From the human T2T-CHM13v2.0 reference genome, Homo sapiens, in assembly GCF_009914755.1 (NCBI RefSeq), contig NC_060927.1: a stretch of DNA of 64,000 nt. One strand, written 5' to 3'. The position numbers were made by a program, and so were the translations under genes. The notes under the pieces are model-generated. The model made no database searches, was not told where the DNA came from, and saw nothing but the letters and a program-made list of their open reading frames with translations. Below, piece after piece: positions 43,691 to 59,200 of this stretch; the first letter of the stretch is position 1, and each line of letters opens with the position of its first letter.

Positions 43691-46600
43691 TTAAATGGAT
43701 TTAGGGTTGTCAACTTTTAAGAAATAGATTTGGGTGGATGACCTTGGCAGGCACTGCTAATCAATCAAAGCTCAGTGTCCTAACCCTTCTTCAGGTAGTG
43801 GACCACAGCCCATACCAGAGTGGCCCCAGGCTCCCAAGCCCTCTTGGAAGCTAGGAATCCACTCTGACAAAAGCACTGAGGCTAGACAAATGGCTGCAGG
43901 AACAGTTTGGGCCTCGCTGAATTCCACTCCACGACACCTCTCCTAGGAGGTATAGGGAGAGCTTAGGACGCACAGCGTGAGACCTGGGACCACCTCCAGC
44001 ACAGCAAGCTCTTGAAGTCACTGGCCTGGTACCCCAAAAGAACAATATCCCACTGTCCCCTATTGAACTCCGGGTACCCCTCTATCTCTCTTATTGCCTA
44101 CTAACTCTTCCTTGGAAAGGGATTAATAAACCACACAGCTGGAGCAGGCAACACCCCCAGCCCACCCCTACTGCCACTGGAGGTCTTGTTTGACTGTGAA
44201 CATCCAAGCGCTTTACACCATTCCAGGTGGCATCGCAGTGGGGACAATGGGTCAAATGCTAAAATATGTACTGAAGTCCAATGACTGATCCTTTCTGAAG
44301 CCCTGAGTTCATCAGGGCCACTGTGGATGAATTCTGTTTAGGGCATGGCTCCCTATTCAGCACCTGTGTACACCCTGAGTAGGAGAGTAATTTGGAATAA
44401 ACCTGCCACATGGAGGGCGAGGTGTCAAAGAACCTGCTCTTATTCTTGGTGGAGAAGAGAAACGGCCCTGGAGAAATGGAAAGGAGACGGGATTCCTCAA
44501 GCTTCAGAGCCTGGGCCCAATGAAGTCAGGAGTAAGGAGAAGAGGCTGTGCCCCCTCAGACATTCATGGGGTGGGAGGGGGCACCCTGGAGGCTTAGTAG
44601 GCTGGTGCTGTGCACCTCACCCAGGCCAGCTTCGCAGATGGTCAGAGACAATCATTCAAACCCCATTCACACCAACCCTCCTCATATTGGAGATTAGACA
44701 TCCCACTTCTCAGGTATCTTTTGAGCTGAAAATACCATCCTTCCCTCTGTACTTAGCCCCCTGTGCTGGGCCATAACTTTCCCTTGTACCATGAATGGAG
44801 ATTAAATTAACAAGAGCGTTTTATTGCTTGCTTTGCCTGTTTTTTTTTTCCTCCTAATTGACAACTTCCACTTCTGTAGCGTCTTAATGTTCCAAAACAT
44901 CTGTTTGTGAACCAGCATCATCAGGGATGCTAGCACAGCCCAAGAATAGGATTTCCTAATTAGCAGCTGCTACAGAGTCAACTCCTTGCCACCCCCCACT
45001 CCCTGCCAGTGATTTGGGGCTTTTCAGTTTGCATTGTTTCTGAGCAGTGGAGTGAGTAGGAGCATACAGGGAGTGTGCTGTCTTATCCAAAGAGGTAATT
45101 TCCTCCTGGAGGGTCCACCCCACCCCCACACCTCAGCCTCAACCCCCGCAGCGGGCCAAATGACAAGCGCTGCCAGCTACAAGCTTCTGGGGCACACAAT
45201 TGAAGAACAAGCCCTTTATTTTCTTTTCCCTCCATTTGGATTCAGATTTCACTAACATCTATTTAGGGCTTACCACGTGCTAAACATTTTCACATGCATT
45301 ATCTCATTAATACCCTGTCAAGCGGGTATTATTATCCTCATATAGCACATGGGGAAACTGAGGGTCAGAAAGATTAAGTGATTGTTCCAGGTCACGCACT
45401 CACTAGCAGTACAGACACAGTCTGAACCTAGGGCTCATTCCATCACACTCCAGCTTATTCCATGAGGCTTTAAGGCACTGGCCAAAAGAACAGAGCCAAA
45501 AAAAAAAAAAAAACAACAAAAAAAAACAAGTCCCCCACAAAAAGCCAAACTGCAGCTTGAAACACAACTGTGCTGACCTTGTTTCTCTCTAAGAGGAATG
45601 AAATGGTGCCTATCACACGGGCTTTGGAATCAGACAGACTTGATTTGACAACAGCTGCACATTATTAGCTGGAAGACTGAGCAAGAGGACTTCTAGATCA
45701 GCTTCTAACTCAGAGAGGATTTTTACGCATAACGAAAAGAATAAGAGAGAAAGAGTGGAGCCATAACGGAGAATGAGCTTGAGGAACAAGAAAAGTCTGT
45801 TTTTGATATGTGACGTTTGGGGTGATGTTACAACTTCCAAGGGAAAATGTCTGGCAGACAGTTAAAGATTTGGGACTGTTGATTAGGAGAAAGGACAGGA
45901 TATGACATACGAAGGGAAAAATCAAGGATCAAGGACTGATTCCCGGGAAAACTTGAATGTAGAGACAGGAGAAGAGCCAGTGACAGAGACGCAGATGACA
46001 AGGGAAGGATAGGACAAAATTAAAGGTAGGAGCCAGTGAAGAGGAAGGCAGTGAGACCAGCCCTACAGAAAGTCCCTAGGTCTTTCTAGGGTGTCGCCTG
46101 GTAGAAGAAAGATGAAGGTCATATTGCTCAAAAGGGAGCGGTTCCAGAACAGTAAGACACTGATGCTCAGCTGTGGAATTGCCCGTTCCTGCCTCCCCGG
46201 TAGAGCATTCCTGGGATCCTCAATTTGGGGACTGGTGGACCACAATCAAATGAAAATATAACATTGTCTTAGATACCAGCAATGGATCCTTATACCTATG
46301 AGAGTGGGTTTCTTTGTCATTTTAAAACATTTTCCTAAAATTTAATTGTTCACACAGGGAGGGGAGAAAACAGGCTTTTTTTTTTTTAAAGGACTTTTAG
46401 CACCCTCCTTTAAAATTCCCCTTTGAGTATGATGGATGGCCACAGACTGAAGAGGGGCAGACTACTGTTCACAGGTCCTTTCCAGGAGAATGAATCTGTG
46501 CTTCTCTTCCCACAGATCAAATTAAGAAAAAAATTCCCATGCATTTTACAATCGACAAAGCACTTTTCACAGGATAATTTCATGGCCTAAATTATCCCTT

Positions 46601-47069
46601 TAGATTCTGACCCTCTGAGTGGCAGGCAGGAGGGTAATTCTTGCCCTATTTTACAGAAGTGGAGACTGAGGCTCAGTACATAAGTCACCTGCCCAGGTTA
46701 ACCCAGAAAATAGGTGGCAGAGCAGAGACTAGAGCCCAGCTCCTTCATTCCAGTGTCTTTCCTAACTGACCACTTTCAAATGAAAACCAGTGAAGATTGA
46801 GCAGAGAGAAGCTCTTGCTAAACTGATTTCCGGCGTGTGGCAAGCTCTACTGACTAGCATCCATACTGCTTTACATCCTTCATTCTGGCCAAAGTTACCT
46901 GGATTGTCTCTGGTGCCCCCATCCCTCTCCAAAGATGACCACTACCCTTAGGGACCATAGCAACCAAATAACCTGACCTTCACAGGACTGAGGTCCAAGA
47001 GGTATAGTAACAGTTTCAAATCTGCAATACACCAATGAGTAGCATTTATAAATTCAAAAAATATTTACT

Positions 47070-47790
47070 TTCATACCCATTAGGAAGGCTATTATCAAAA
47101 AGGAAGAATGGAAAAGAAATGCTGGCGAGGATATGGAGAACTCAGAACACTCCCGCAGTGCTGGTGGGAATGTAAGATGGTGCAGCCACTGTGGAAAACA
47201 GTATGGCGGTTCCTCAAAACCTTAAGAGTTATGAGTTGATCCAGCAATCCCACTTCTGGGTCTATATGCAAAAGAATTGAAAGCAGGAACTCAAACAGAC
47301 ACTTATGCACCCATTTTCATAGCAGGATTATTCACAACAGCTAAAAGATGAAAGCAACCCAGCTGTCTATCAGTAGATGAAAGGATAAACAAAATGTGGT
47401 ATATACGTACAATGGGATATTATTCAGCCTTCAAAATGAGGGAAATTCTAACACATGCTACAACATGGGTAAACCCTAAAAACATGATGGTAAGTGAAAT
47501 AAGCCAGCCACAAAAGGACAAATATTACATGATTCCACTTTCATGAGGTATCAAGAATAGGCAAAATCACAGAGACAGAAAGCGGAATAAAGGTTTATCA
47601 GGGGCTGGAAGCAGGGAGGAACAAGAAGTTATTATTTAATGAGTTTCTATTTGGGATGATGAAAAATTTCAGTAAACAGATGGTGACGATGATTGCAACA
47701 ACATTGTGATTGTACTCAATGCCACTGAACTGTATACTTAAAAATGGTTAAAATGGTAAATTTTATGTTGTGCATATTTTACTACAATAA
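47070..47790 (+). mobile_element. L1M 3' end
   Basis: gtgcagccactgtggaaaacagtatgg, ccacttctggg, aaaatggttaaaatggtaaattttatg. Confidence 0.88.
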
Positions 47791-47809
47791 GAAATGTATG
47801 TATTTACTA

Positions 47810-48114
47810 GGCCAAACGCAGTGGCTCATGCCTGTAATCCCAGCAATTTGGGAGGCCGAGGCGGGTGGATCACTTGAGGTTAGGAGTTCGAGACCAGCCT
47901 GGCCAACATGGCAAAACCCTGTCTGTATTAAAACTACAAAAATTAGCCAGGCATGGTGGCACATGTCTGTAATCTCAGCTACTCAGGAGGCTGAGGTACA
48001 AGAATCACTTGAACCTGGGAGGCGGAGGTTTCAGTGAGCCGAGATCATGCCACTGCACTCCAGCCTGGGTGACAGAGCAAGACTCTTGTCTCAAAAAAAA
48101 TAAAAAAATAAAAA
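47810..48114 (+). mobile_element. Alu (S-type)
   Basis: TSD gtatgtatttact. Confidence 0.93.
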
Positions 48115-50109
48115 AGTATGTATTTACTGAGCACCAACCATAAGCAAGACACTGTGAGGGTTACACGGATGAATCAGGTATAGAATCTACCTCAAGGAGT
48201 TCCAGGAGAGCTGGACCATGTTAATAAGTCCCTATGATGCTTCTGGGGTGTGAGAACGGGCCCCCCAGGGGTAGACACTGAGACTGTGCCTGGGAGTTTG
48301 GAAGGGGCAAGGTTAGGATTAGAAACTCATCCTCCCTTCCACGGCTGCCAGTCCCAGTCCCCTTCAGACAGCAGGGGCCCTTCCCCTGCAGGCCCTCTTT
48401 GCCTCATACCTTCCCCCAAGGGTCCTCCGGATGGGGGGGATTTCAGGCCGGTGGCCAGCAGCGGGATATTCTGGGACATGCAAGAACCTTGGGGGCCTGT
48501 GGGAAGGTGGCTGCAGCCTCCCCAGAAAAGCAGCCGCCCACTCAGCGAGGCCACTCTGGGCTGTGTTTTGAAATGCTGCTGCGGATGTAATGATTTTGGG
48601 TGGAGGACGTTTAGAAGCCAAATGAGTTTGTGTGAACAAAAGACTCAGCCCTCGATCTGGACTGTCCAGGGCTCTCAGGGAGTTTCGTTTCCTTCCTTGT
48701 TCTTGCTCTGAAAGAAGCAGCCCTAAGAAAAATCAAGCACGTTGGAAAGTGCTAGACATGAGATTTGACGATCAGATTTTTAAAACGCTTCCCCTGCAAG
48801 CGCTCTAGCGATGAAGAAAGTAAAATCTACCTCCCCTCCCTGTGAGGGGTCGGCTCTTGTTCAGCTGAGCATTCTCTCCGGGTGACAGACGTCTGCTGGA
48901 CTGAACCCAGACCCAGGGGAGGCCTGGCCTGGAGCTCCCAAGTCAGGGTCAGCCTTCCAGAAATAGAACTGGCTCTGAGGTGGCCTCGGGCATGAAGGAG
49001 GGATACAGCCTATCCCAGCAGGAGTGAAAGATGAAGGACCTTGGAGTGACCTCAAGCTCTTTGCTTTAAAAGGAATTCTATAGGTTTTTTTTTTTCCAAG
49101 GCCTTGAGGAAAAGTCCTAGGGTCAAAGGTCAGAAGATTCCCAGTTGGTTAAATAAGTGAACAAAAAGGCTTTCTGCAGGGAGGAAAGGGGGTCTACCTT
49201 GTTTCTAGGGGCACCTTCCTTGCTGCCTCCATTTTCTTTGCCCCTCTCATCCTTTGACAAATAAACATCCAACACAGTGGCTGAAGAGGAGGCTCTTTGG
49301 TAAAGGGGGAGTTTCTAGAAAGAAGTTGAAGCTGGTAGCTCCCAGTCCCCTCTGGACGCGAAGGCCAAGGGTGCCAGCGGGGTGGTGCGGGCCTTCCGGG
49401 TCTCCTGTGTTGTCACCGTCACATTTGATCACACCCAGAGAGGAAGCTGGGTGGCAGGGCTCCACCAAAGGAGACCTGCCAGGTTAGCGAAACAATAAAA
49501 AGGCGAGGAAAAACATCCTGGTTCCGAGGAGGAAGAGGGGGGAGAGGCGGGTGCAGGAGGGGCGGGAGGAAACGGGCCTGCTCCCAGGGGTGTGCACACT
49601 GGGCAGCCCGGCCTGGGCCCGGGCCCCGGTGTCCACACAGCTGGCGGCTGACTTTCAGAAGCTCTGCAGTTAATTTACTCGACAGACCTCTGTGAAGTGG
49701 CCCAGGACTCTGAGGAAATCATAGAAACATCATTTGTCTGGAGCGTTGACGACTGCTAGAAAATGGAGCCGTGGAGTGATGTTTCAGCACCAAGGGCTCT
49801 GAGGCCTGTGCTGGCTGATGGGAGGGAGCTCCAGGGCCTCCGAGGGGAGAAGCTAAAATCTAGTTAAGGGAGAAATGTAAAGTCTGCTAATGCGTTTTGT
49901 AAATCAAGATTAGGAAACCTGACATTCTATTCAAATATAACCAGTATTTCAAAAAATCAGTTGTATGCCATAGCCATTTAAGAAAGATAAAACAGAGAAA
50001 GAGGAAGCAAGGACGGGGGCTGAAAAGAGAAATAAGACAAAAAGAAATGAAGTTAAGGAATTTTTTCAAAAGACATACCAGAGCAGGACAATAGTAATGA
50101 TTATTATTG

Positions 50110-50340
50110 TTATATTGCAGCCAAAACGTAGGTAGCATCCACTCCATGCCAGCCACTGTGCTAAGCATTTCACATAGACTGTCTCAATCCATCCTCACGA
50201 CAGCCTTATGAGGTCCTCCCGTTATTATCCCTACTTTTCTGATAAGGAAACTGAGGTGTAGTGAGATTAAGTAATTTGTCCAAGGTTACACAGCAAATAG
50301 TAAAACTGGATCCAAACCCAGGTCCGTCTGACTGCAATGA
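50110..50340 (-). mobile_element. MIR
   Basis: ataaggaaactgagg...aagtaatttgtccaaggttacacagc. Confidence 0.75.
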
Positions 50341-52028
50341 AAATCCAGTTTAAAAAAAATACAGAAATAGAGAAAGAATGAAATAAGAAAGGGCAAAACT
50401 AAGACTGAGCGCTCCAGAGAAAGGGTAACATGTACTGAAAGCAAAAGCCAGAAAGGACAGAGCTAGGCTTCCTCCTTGTGGGCTTCGGGGATGTCTCACT
50501 AAGGACACTGGGATCCAAACTGCAATTTCCTGACACAAACAGGGATATGACATCTTGATGTCCTATGTAACTCACTGTCCAAATGGAATTCAGCGCTCTG
50601 ATACGATTTAGAAGAAAGGGAGGAAGCAAGGATGGGAGGAAGGGAGAGAGAGGAGTCCATGCTGATTTCATGTAAGTAAGAAAAGGTGGCAAGAGACGAA
50701 GATGATGGTTTGAGTGCATTATTGGGAGATTAGTGGGACCATTAGCACGCAAAGGGAGGTCAGGTCTTAGAGGAGGAAGAGATGATGTGTTTGCATTTAT
50801 AACTGTTACCTGTTGGTTTAAAGTGAAGCTCACTAAACCTGTGCGAATGCTGGCAGATGGCTGAAGGCACAGAACTGGACTGTAGTTGGAAGCACCCACT
50901 CGGAGAAAACAGGGAACTGCCTTTGTCCCACAGTTCTCTCTACCTAGACTGTCCTACTTCCTTCCCCTCGGCCTCCTGGCAAAATCAGCTCAGAGATCAC
51001 CCCTTCCAAGAAGTATTCCCCAGAGACAACTCTCTCCCTCTGGACTATTTTATCTTGTTACACAATTCTAGCTTATTCTCTCGCAATCCTAGGTCTCTTA
51101 TGAGAGACTGTGGCTCATAGCAGGTGCTCCATAAATGTTCACTGAACCGAGGGGGAGGCAGAAGGTCAAGGGTAGAGCTGTGAAGGACATCCCACCTGGT
51201 GGGAGGCAGAAGAGATGGGAAAGCGTTAGCCATAGCAATCACAGACAGATGACAGGACAGAGACGAACAACTGAAAAGGCTATTGAGATTTCTCAGCAAT
51301 GTTCTCCCTTTCTCCAACTCCTCTCCAATTTTCCACTCATCCTTCCATGTCTACCTCTTCCTGATGCCTGACTCTCTTAGAGACATAACGCCTGATGTGT
51401 TCCCGGGAAGCATTCATGACCAACACGTACACAGCACATGCATGTTTACAAAGCGCGTCCATGTGGATCAGCTCCATTCATCCTTCCAACAACACTGAAG
51501 TCAACAAAACAGTTATCGTCTCCATTTTACATATACGGAAGCAGGTACAGAAGTTAAATGACTTGCCCAAGGTCATGGCCAGTTCACTATATCACAACTA
51601 AAACATTGCTCTGTCCAGTTACAAGTGCTTTCACAGTCATAATTATATTTGCTCCTCCTCAAAAACCTTGTTAGGAGCAGGAAAGTCTTTATTATCCTCA
51701 TTTTTAATATGAGGAAATTAAGGCCTAGGGACATTAGGCAGCTATCCAATGCCACAGAGGCAGAAAGCAGAAGGGGTTAAGCACAGTTCCTCCAACCCCC
51801 GCCAGAGCTCCACGGCATCTCTCCCCAACTCTGCTAGCAGCTACAGCCAGTAGCACTCCATTACCATAAAGCATGACTGTACTAGAAATAATTCCTAACA
51901 AACCACAAGAATTCCCCTACCCAAGTGAGTATGGTCCTCTTCAAAGAGGTCCCAATAAGACAATACTTATTCCATCAATACTGTTATTGCTCAAACCATT
52001 TTCTAAAATTTGCTACTTTTCTTTTTTC

Positions 52029-52054
52029 ATATATATGTATATGTATATATATAT

Positions 52055-52102
<48 letters not shown>

Positions 52103-52231
52103 TTTTTTAATTATACAGATGAGGTCTCACTATGTTGCCTAGGCTGGTCTTGAATGCCTGGCCTCAAGCAATTCTCCTGCCTCAGCTCCCAAAGTGCTGG
52201 GTTTACAAGTGTGAGCCACTGTGCCCGACCC
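52029..52231 (-). mobile_element. (TA)n(CA)n microsatellite joined to a FLAM-like Alu monomer
   Basis: Directly visible. Confidence 0.85.
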
Positions 52232-54149
52232 AACTGGCTAGTTTTCAATAGAGCCTGCAGAATATTGTTCTCTTGAGTTTCCTGAATAATGATACATTTC
52301 CATCCCTTGATAATGATGTTGGATTATTTTGGAAACACAAAACTTCAAAGACGATCTGATGAAAGATGCAGTAGATAGAGATCCGCAACCCCATTTTCAA
52401 TCCAGGAGGTTTGCTGCAAGAAACACAAGGGAGTTGCTCATGTGGCTCACACACACTCTGAAGGTGGCTCTCAACTCCTTCAAACACTTGTGAAGCACGT
52501 ATTGATAACCCCCAAAGGTTCTGATTTGAAGAACACTCATTGACCACAGAGGTCCAAGTGTGACTGATTTTCAAAGGCTTCTTATTTTGTGGTCACACCT
52601 GGCATACTGCTTTTATTCAATCCTAATAGCTTTCTATGCGTTCATCTGGTCTCCTCAGATGACCATAGGTGAGGGCTGTTGCACTTGGTTTTTCTGACTT
52701 CAAATCATGAAAGTTGGCTCTTTCCTCTCCATGTTTAAGGCTAAGAAGCAAGAGAGAGTTCTAGGGATACCAAGGGGTGAGGTTGGCAGGGGTCCAACGA
52801 GGGGAAGACCAGTTAACAGAGGTCTTTGGAACATGGACTTGAACCCTAGGCAGGGAGCTTGCCCACTGTCCAGTAAAATGCCTGGAAGGCAAGGTGCGAT
52901 GGGAGGGTTGCTGTCAACACAATGACCAGTGTAAATGGGCACTGGTTTCAGTAGCATCATCATTGCTAGTATTTCTAGAGCTCTCTTGCCCAGGCATCAA
53001 GCCGTCTACTTTACAGGTGTTATCTGCACCTCTCCATTCTGCGCAGGGCTCTTTCTACTAATAGCCCATTTGACAGATGATAAACTGACCGCACAGAGAG
53101 GCTAAATAACCTACCACAGTCCTACAGCTGGCAAGTGGCACTGCTAGGGTTTGAATTGAGACTGTCTGACGCTTCCAAGCCGGGACCTCTGTGGTCTGTG
53201 ACTGCAACACCAGCAGGGCTCTCGTCTACACCCTGGCAAAAGATGATCCCTGAAAAAGTCTCACCACATGGCCATAATAAAGGTCCTAGTGGCCAGGGAG
53301 GCTGCAGGAGTGAAACCCGTCCCCAAGTTGAAGCTGTTTCCATCTCCTATCACCCAGAAAAGGAAAATGGAGTGGTTTTCAATTCTAGCCCAACATATGA
53401 TAATCACTAGTCACAGCCCTGCACTAGGAACCTCCCTCCAGATGACAAGCAGGTGTCTCTCTCCTGCCTCTTGCTACTCCTTCCTCCAATTTGATTCTTC
53501 AGTTCCAAGGTGGAACTGCAGGGCCACCTGAAGAGCTTCACCTTGGCCTCTGCCCTCTTCTTGTCACTTTTCTTCCTCCCCTATCTTCATTTCCCAGCCT
53601 ATCAGAGACATCAAGAAGAAACTTGTCAACTTATCAAATCCATTTCTTTGCCTTCAGCACCTTCTCTGCACAGACAGATGGGGGCTCCTGTTATTCAGGG
53701 TCTTCAGTGAGGTCAGATCCTCCCTCAAGTCCCCCGAGACATCCCAGGAATTGGGATTGAAGTCTTGTCTGCCTCCCATGCCATCTGACCTGTAAGCTTT
53801 CCTCAAAAACGTTTACATGACATGAAAGCTAGAATGAAGTTCAAGTACCTCAGAGCTAAAATATTAAGCAAAAGGAAACTGTCCATTTTTAATAGCCTCT
53901 AGACTTTGCAGACGGTCTTTCCAGCTCCTTAAGAGACCTTGCAACCAGAGCCCCATACCATGTGGTGGTGCAGACCCTGCTGCAGGACCCTCCACGGCAC
54001 CTAGAGGAAAATCGACCTCCTTACCATGGTCCTCATGGCCCTGGGTGATCCAGACACCCTGGCCTTCCTTCTTGCCAATCCTGAGACAAGGCAAGCTGGG
54101 TCCTGCCTTAGATCATCTGCCCTGGCTGCTCCCCCTGCCTGGAAGGCTC

Positions 54150-54670
54150 TTGCTGCTATAGGCAGGGGGATGCCATGTGCCAAGTCTCCAAGACAGGAAT
54201 GAGTTTGGCATGTATTAACAACTGTCTGGTGTAAGTGGAGAGCAGAGCAAGAGAAGGTGAGAGAGGTGGCCAGTCAGATCCTGCAGGCCTCATATTCCAA
54301 TTTAGGGGGTCTGGATTTTATTCTAAGTACAACGCAAAGCTCTTTGAGGGTGTTAAGCCTCCGAGTAAGGTGACCTGAGTTACATTTTAAGAAGATCACT
54401 CTGGCTTCTGTGAGTACAGATTAGAGAGAGAGCATAAGTGGATGCAAACAACAGAAAAGAGCAGTGGGGAGGAAGAGAGCAGATTCACCATGTATTCTGG
54501 AAACAGGATCACCTGGAGTTGCCAAAAAAGAATCACGGTAGTGGGTGAGGAAAGGAGAGGAATGGAGGGTGACTTCTAGGCTTCTAGCTTAAGGAACTAG
54601 GTGCATGTTGTTGCTAACTGCCGACATGGGAAGAGGCAGGAGTTGACACAGGGTTAGGGGATGAGAATCA
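54150..54670 (+). mobile_element. L2 fragment
   Basis: ggattttattctaag, ttacattttaagaagatcactctggct L2-like motifs. Confidence 0.6.
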
Positions 54671-55802
54671 AGGATTCTGATTCTCTCTGATTTTCCTCTT
54701 TTATTTCACCATCAAACTTTGCCACAGACAGGCCTTCCATGCCTATCATACGGTAGGCAGGCTTCTTCCTGCACTTTTAGGAGTCCCACTAAACAGTTCA
54801 GAATGGAGGCCAGAGGCCTTTCCCCAGACCTCATTCTCCCCAGTCTCCCTCTGCCTTTTAACTTGGATAGTTTCCAGATGAGAGGACAAATCAAGACAGA
54901 AAGCAGAAATATGTTAACTTACATGGACCTTCACAGACCTCCACATATGATGCATAAACCATGCTATATTCAGATTATCTGCCAATCCACAGCCAACCTG
55001 CAAGCCACCCCCACCTCTCATTGCGCCCTCATGCCGGGCTGGCATCCCTTCCTCCCCACCATCCATACTGGATGTTCTCCACCTGACTGGAGCTGATTTC
55101 CTCTTCCTCCGTGGCTTTAACTACTGCCCCTCAGGGCTGAATCTGGCCCCGGCCTCCCTCTAGTTCAGTTCCACATTCTCAGCCATCCACAGAATACTTC
55201 CAAGGGGACATGCAGTCTTTACACTGAACGGCTGAAACTGAAGGAGCCCCTTTAAAAGCAAAGAGCTCCTCTCCATTCTGTCCCATCATCCCCGTGGCCA
55301 GGCAGTCTACTACTCCAGCCTTACTCTTTTAAGTGGCCCTTGCATCTCTCCCTTTCAATTTCCACTACCTCCACTCTAACCCATGCTCTGTCCTCAGTCT
55401 TTCCTCCCAACACATCAATACGATGCCCACCAGCATTCCAGTGTCTCTTAAACAACTACGGGGCTGTAGTGAGGGCAGATATGTATGTGGTTCATCTATG
55501 AGGCCCCAGCTCCAAGCAGAAATGAACAAGCTAATTATGCTTTCCCTGTTCAGAAGCCATCAGGGGCTCCTTGGTGTGGATGGGATGAAAACAAACACCT
55601 TAACAGGCCTCTAAAGCCCTCCACAATCAGGTCTAATCCTCCTTTCCAGTCTTGTCTTCAATGACTAGTTGATTTGGGAGCCTAACTGGCCTCTTCAAGT
55701 CCTTTTCTCCAGCCTTACTGACTGTTGATCACCTCCCTTTTGAAAAGTCTTGGGCTTTTCAATATTTGGGATTTTGTGGATGCCATTCATCCACCAACTC
55801 TC

Positions 55803-56262
<460 letters not shown>

Positions 56263-59200
56263 TGATCTCCTGTGGCATTTCTTCAGTTGTGAATCACTCA
56301 TGCATCGTTATTTCGCTTTTTACAATCTTGATGTGTGTGCTCCAACAAGACTGAATGTTCCCTGGGGGCATCACAGACAGGCACTGCAACCTCATCACCT
56401 CACACGGCTCTTCCACATAGCAAGGCTTCTGTAAATATATCTTGATTTACAAATCAGTCCAATGTGACACAAATAGAGGCATCTGCCACACTCCAACAAA
56501 AGAAGAGTGAAAAAACAGGATAGAAATGTCTTTGTTTCTGTCTATGCCTGATGAATGGTGAGTGGGTAGAAGAGAGCATAGATGTTCAAATGAAAGCAAT
56601 TTGACAGCATCTGCATGGAGTACCATTTAACCTCGCCTCCTACTGGGCAGGTATTCATAACAACTGCCTCACAATGTCAGCCACTGCTCCACGTTCCCAG
56701 GAGAGGGCCCATTAAGAAAGTCACCAATTCATTTCAGCTTGGCTTATAATTAATGCAGCAACCTCTGGCATCAATAACCTATGGATTGGCATATGAGTAG
56801 GGCATAATTTACAATCTCTATATAAAATGTCATTTTAAAGACTTGTGGTCTTGTCTCAGGTAATTTCAAACAAAATTTTTAAAAAATTTTTACTCAATAG
56901 GTGTCCTCATTGCCACTGCCATCTCCTCATATTTTCCCCACGCCAATGCTGGCCCCTAATCTCTACAAAAAAGCAAGAGCAAGGAATGGAGGGAGGGAGG
57001 AAGACGAATGATGAGCAGGAGAGGATCTTAGAGATCTAGGACAACTGGTACCCCATTTTACAGATGAGAAAACTGAGACCTCCTGATATTGTGGGACAAG
57101 CACATGGATTTGGTCAAAATCTATTAAAATCCTGCCGCCTCCATTTACCGTGTGATCTAACCTCTCCAGGCTACTGTTTCCAGAACTGTAAAAGGCAAAT
57201 AACATCCCTCACGGGCTTGTTTTGAGGGTTAAATGGATAAGGAGTGTGAAGGCGCCGACCACACATACGTGTTCAAAGGCCAGGGAGTCAAAAGTCAGAC
57301 CCCAAAACTAGTTTCCTTCCTTGTTGCCTCCCCAGGATTCTTGGAAGAGAACATTTACTGCAGCTGAAACCTCCCATTCATACAAAAAGGACGCTGGAGA
57401 CAGAGGGAAGCCACTGAAGAAGGCAGTAAGTGGCTAACAAAACCACAACTGCCATCTGTTCTTTGCTTTCTTTCTGAGTGTCTCTGGACAAGGACAAGTT
57501 AAATTCAGGAACACTGTTTTCAGCCAGCTGGGCGGGGCTGCTGGAAGGCAGGAGGGATCACCAGGAGGGCAGAGGCTCCTTCCCCAGCCTCCAGGACAAG
57601 GATGCAGAAACTGCCCAGCTGGGCAGCAAATACCTTTCAGTCTCCCTCAGTCCACACCATTCGGGTCTCTGGCAAAACATAACAGTTCAGCATGTGCACA
57701 CAGGCTGAGGAAAGCAATAAAAGGGTTCTTGCAAGGTAAAAAGGATGTGGCTTTTAAACACTCATGCACCACGGAGAGTCCCTTACCCCCTCCCGCCTCC
57801 CCCCCTTCTATTTGGGACACCCTCCATCAAAGCAAACAGGCTTCTCAGGAATCCCCACTACCACCACCCCCAAGCCTCCGCCAGGAGTGAGGTAGCCGCC
57901 TTCTGGAGGGAAGCCACTCTCCCCTCCCTGAGGGGCTGTCTCTTGCCCGCTGCACCTTGTAATGGTTCTCCCAGCAGCCAAGCTAAATGACGAAGTTGGC
58001 CCACAAAGTTAGAGCAATTCAGGCGACAGCTATTTAACAGCTCAGAAGGGGCTCAGCTCAAAGCGCTTCCTTTCCTCCAGGGAGCTGCATTTTTCTAAGA
58101 TTATTGTTTCTCGGGCTGGCTGCTCAGCTACTCAGCGTCATTTCCCCTTTGGGTGGGAAAGTTCTTTCCTTCTGCATTGATTTTCATTATGATTTAAGCC
58201 TTCTCTCCCTCTCATCTGCAGATCTCACAATTAAAGCATAGCATATGGATCACAAAATTAAGGCATATAAACTTTGCATTCAGCTTAGAACTGTGGCTCG
58301 GAAGTCCTGAGTGGTAGAAAAACACACGCAGAAAAAGAAAACCTCTAGGTCTCAGCATCTTGTCACCACTGGCTGAAACACCAGCAATAAACATCAGCTG
58401 AACAGCCAGCAGGGTGACGGGTGGGTGCAAAAGCTTAACAATGGCTATATAAACAGGGAGCTGCTCTCCAGGGACTTACAGTCTAATACAGGCAAACAAT
58501 CCACATAATGGAATGCAAATGCGGTTACTCAGCAGTGAGAAGTTGAACTCTGCCAGGAAGAGAAGAGCTGGAAATGGCCCACAGGGAAGAAAAGGACATC
58601 TGTGGCCCTTGCTGCTGACATCAGTGTATTTGGAAGTCCCAGGGGCCAGGCCCTGACTACCAGCATCCCCATGGCACGAAAGGCCTGCAGGAAGCTTCTC
58701 CAACAACCAAATGGAGCACGTTACTTGTAAGACTCAGGGCTTGTTAGTGACAGTAGCATGGTGCCTCCCCAAACACAAAAATGCTGAGGGAGAGCCGGGA
58801 TGACCATCTGTCAGGGGTGCTGGAGGGGCAGACATTTGCATGGGACACATTGCAGACTGGAGGACCTGTGGAGGCCCTCTCAGCATTGAGACCTTGTTGC
58901 CTTGTGAAATGAGTGATAGCATCTAGTGATACAGGAGGACCCATCCAAAAGGCTCCCAATCCTGGTTATCAGAAAACTCAGACTCACTGAAATCACTGAA
59001 CACTGGTTTTCTTATGTGTTGTTTCTTTTTTACCCCTAAATGATACTGTTTGAGCCACTACCAGAAAAAAAAGCACAGGTCATGCCTAGATCCTTGGCCA
59101 TATGAGTAGCTTCTAGCAGCTTCAACAGGTGTTCATTTCATCTCTTCTAATCGCACCTTCCTAACATCCCTTCAGAGATTGGGCCTTTGAGCCACTGAAG

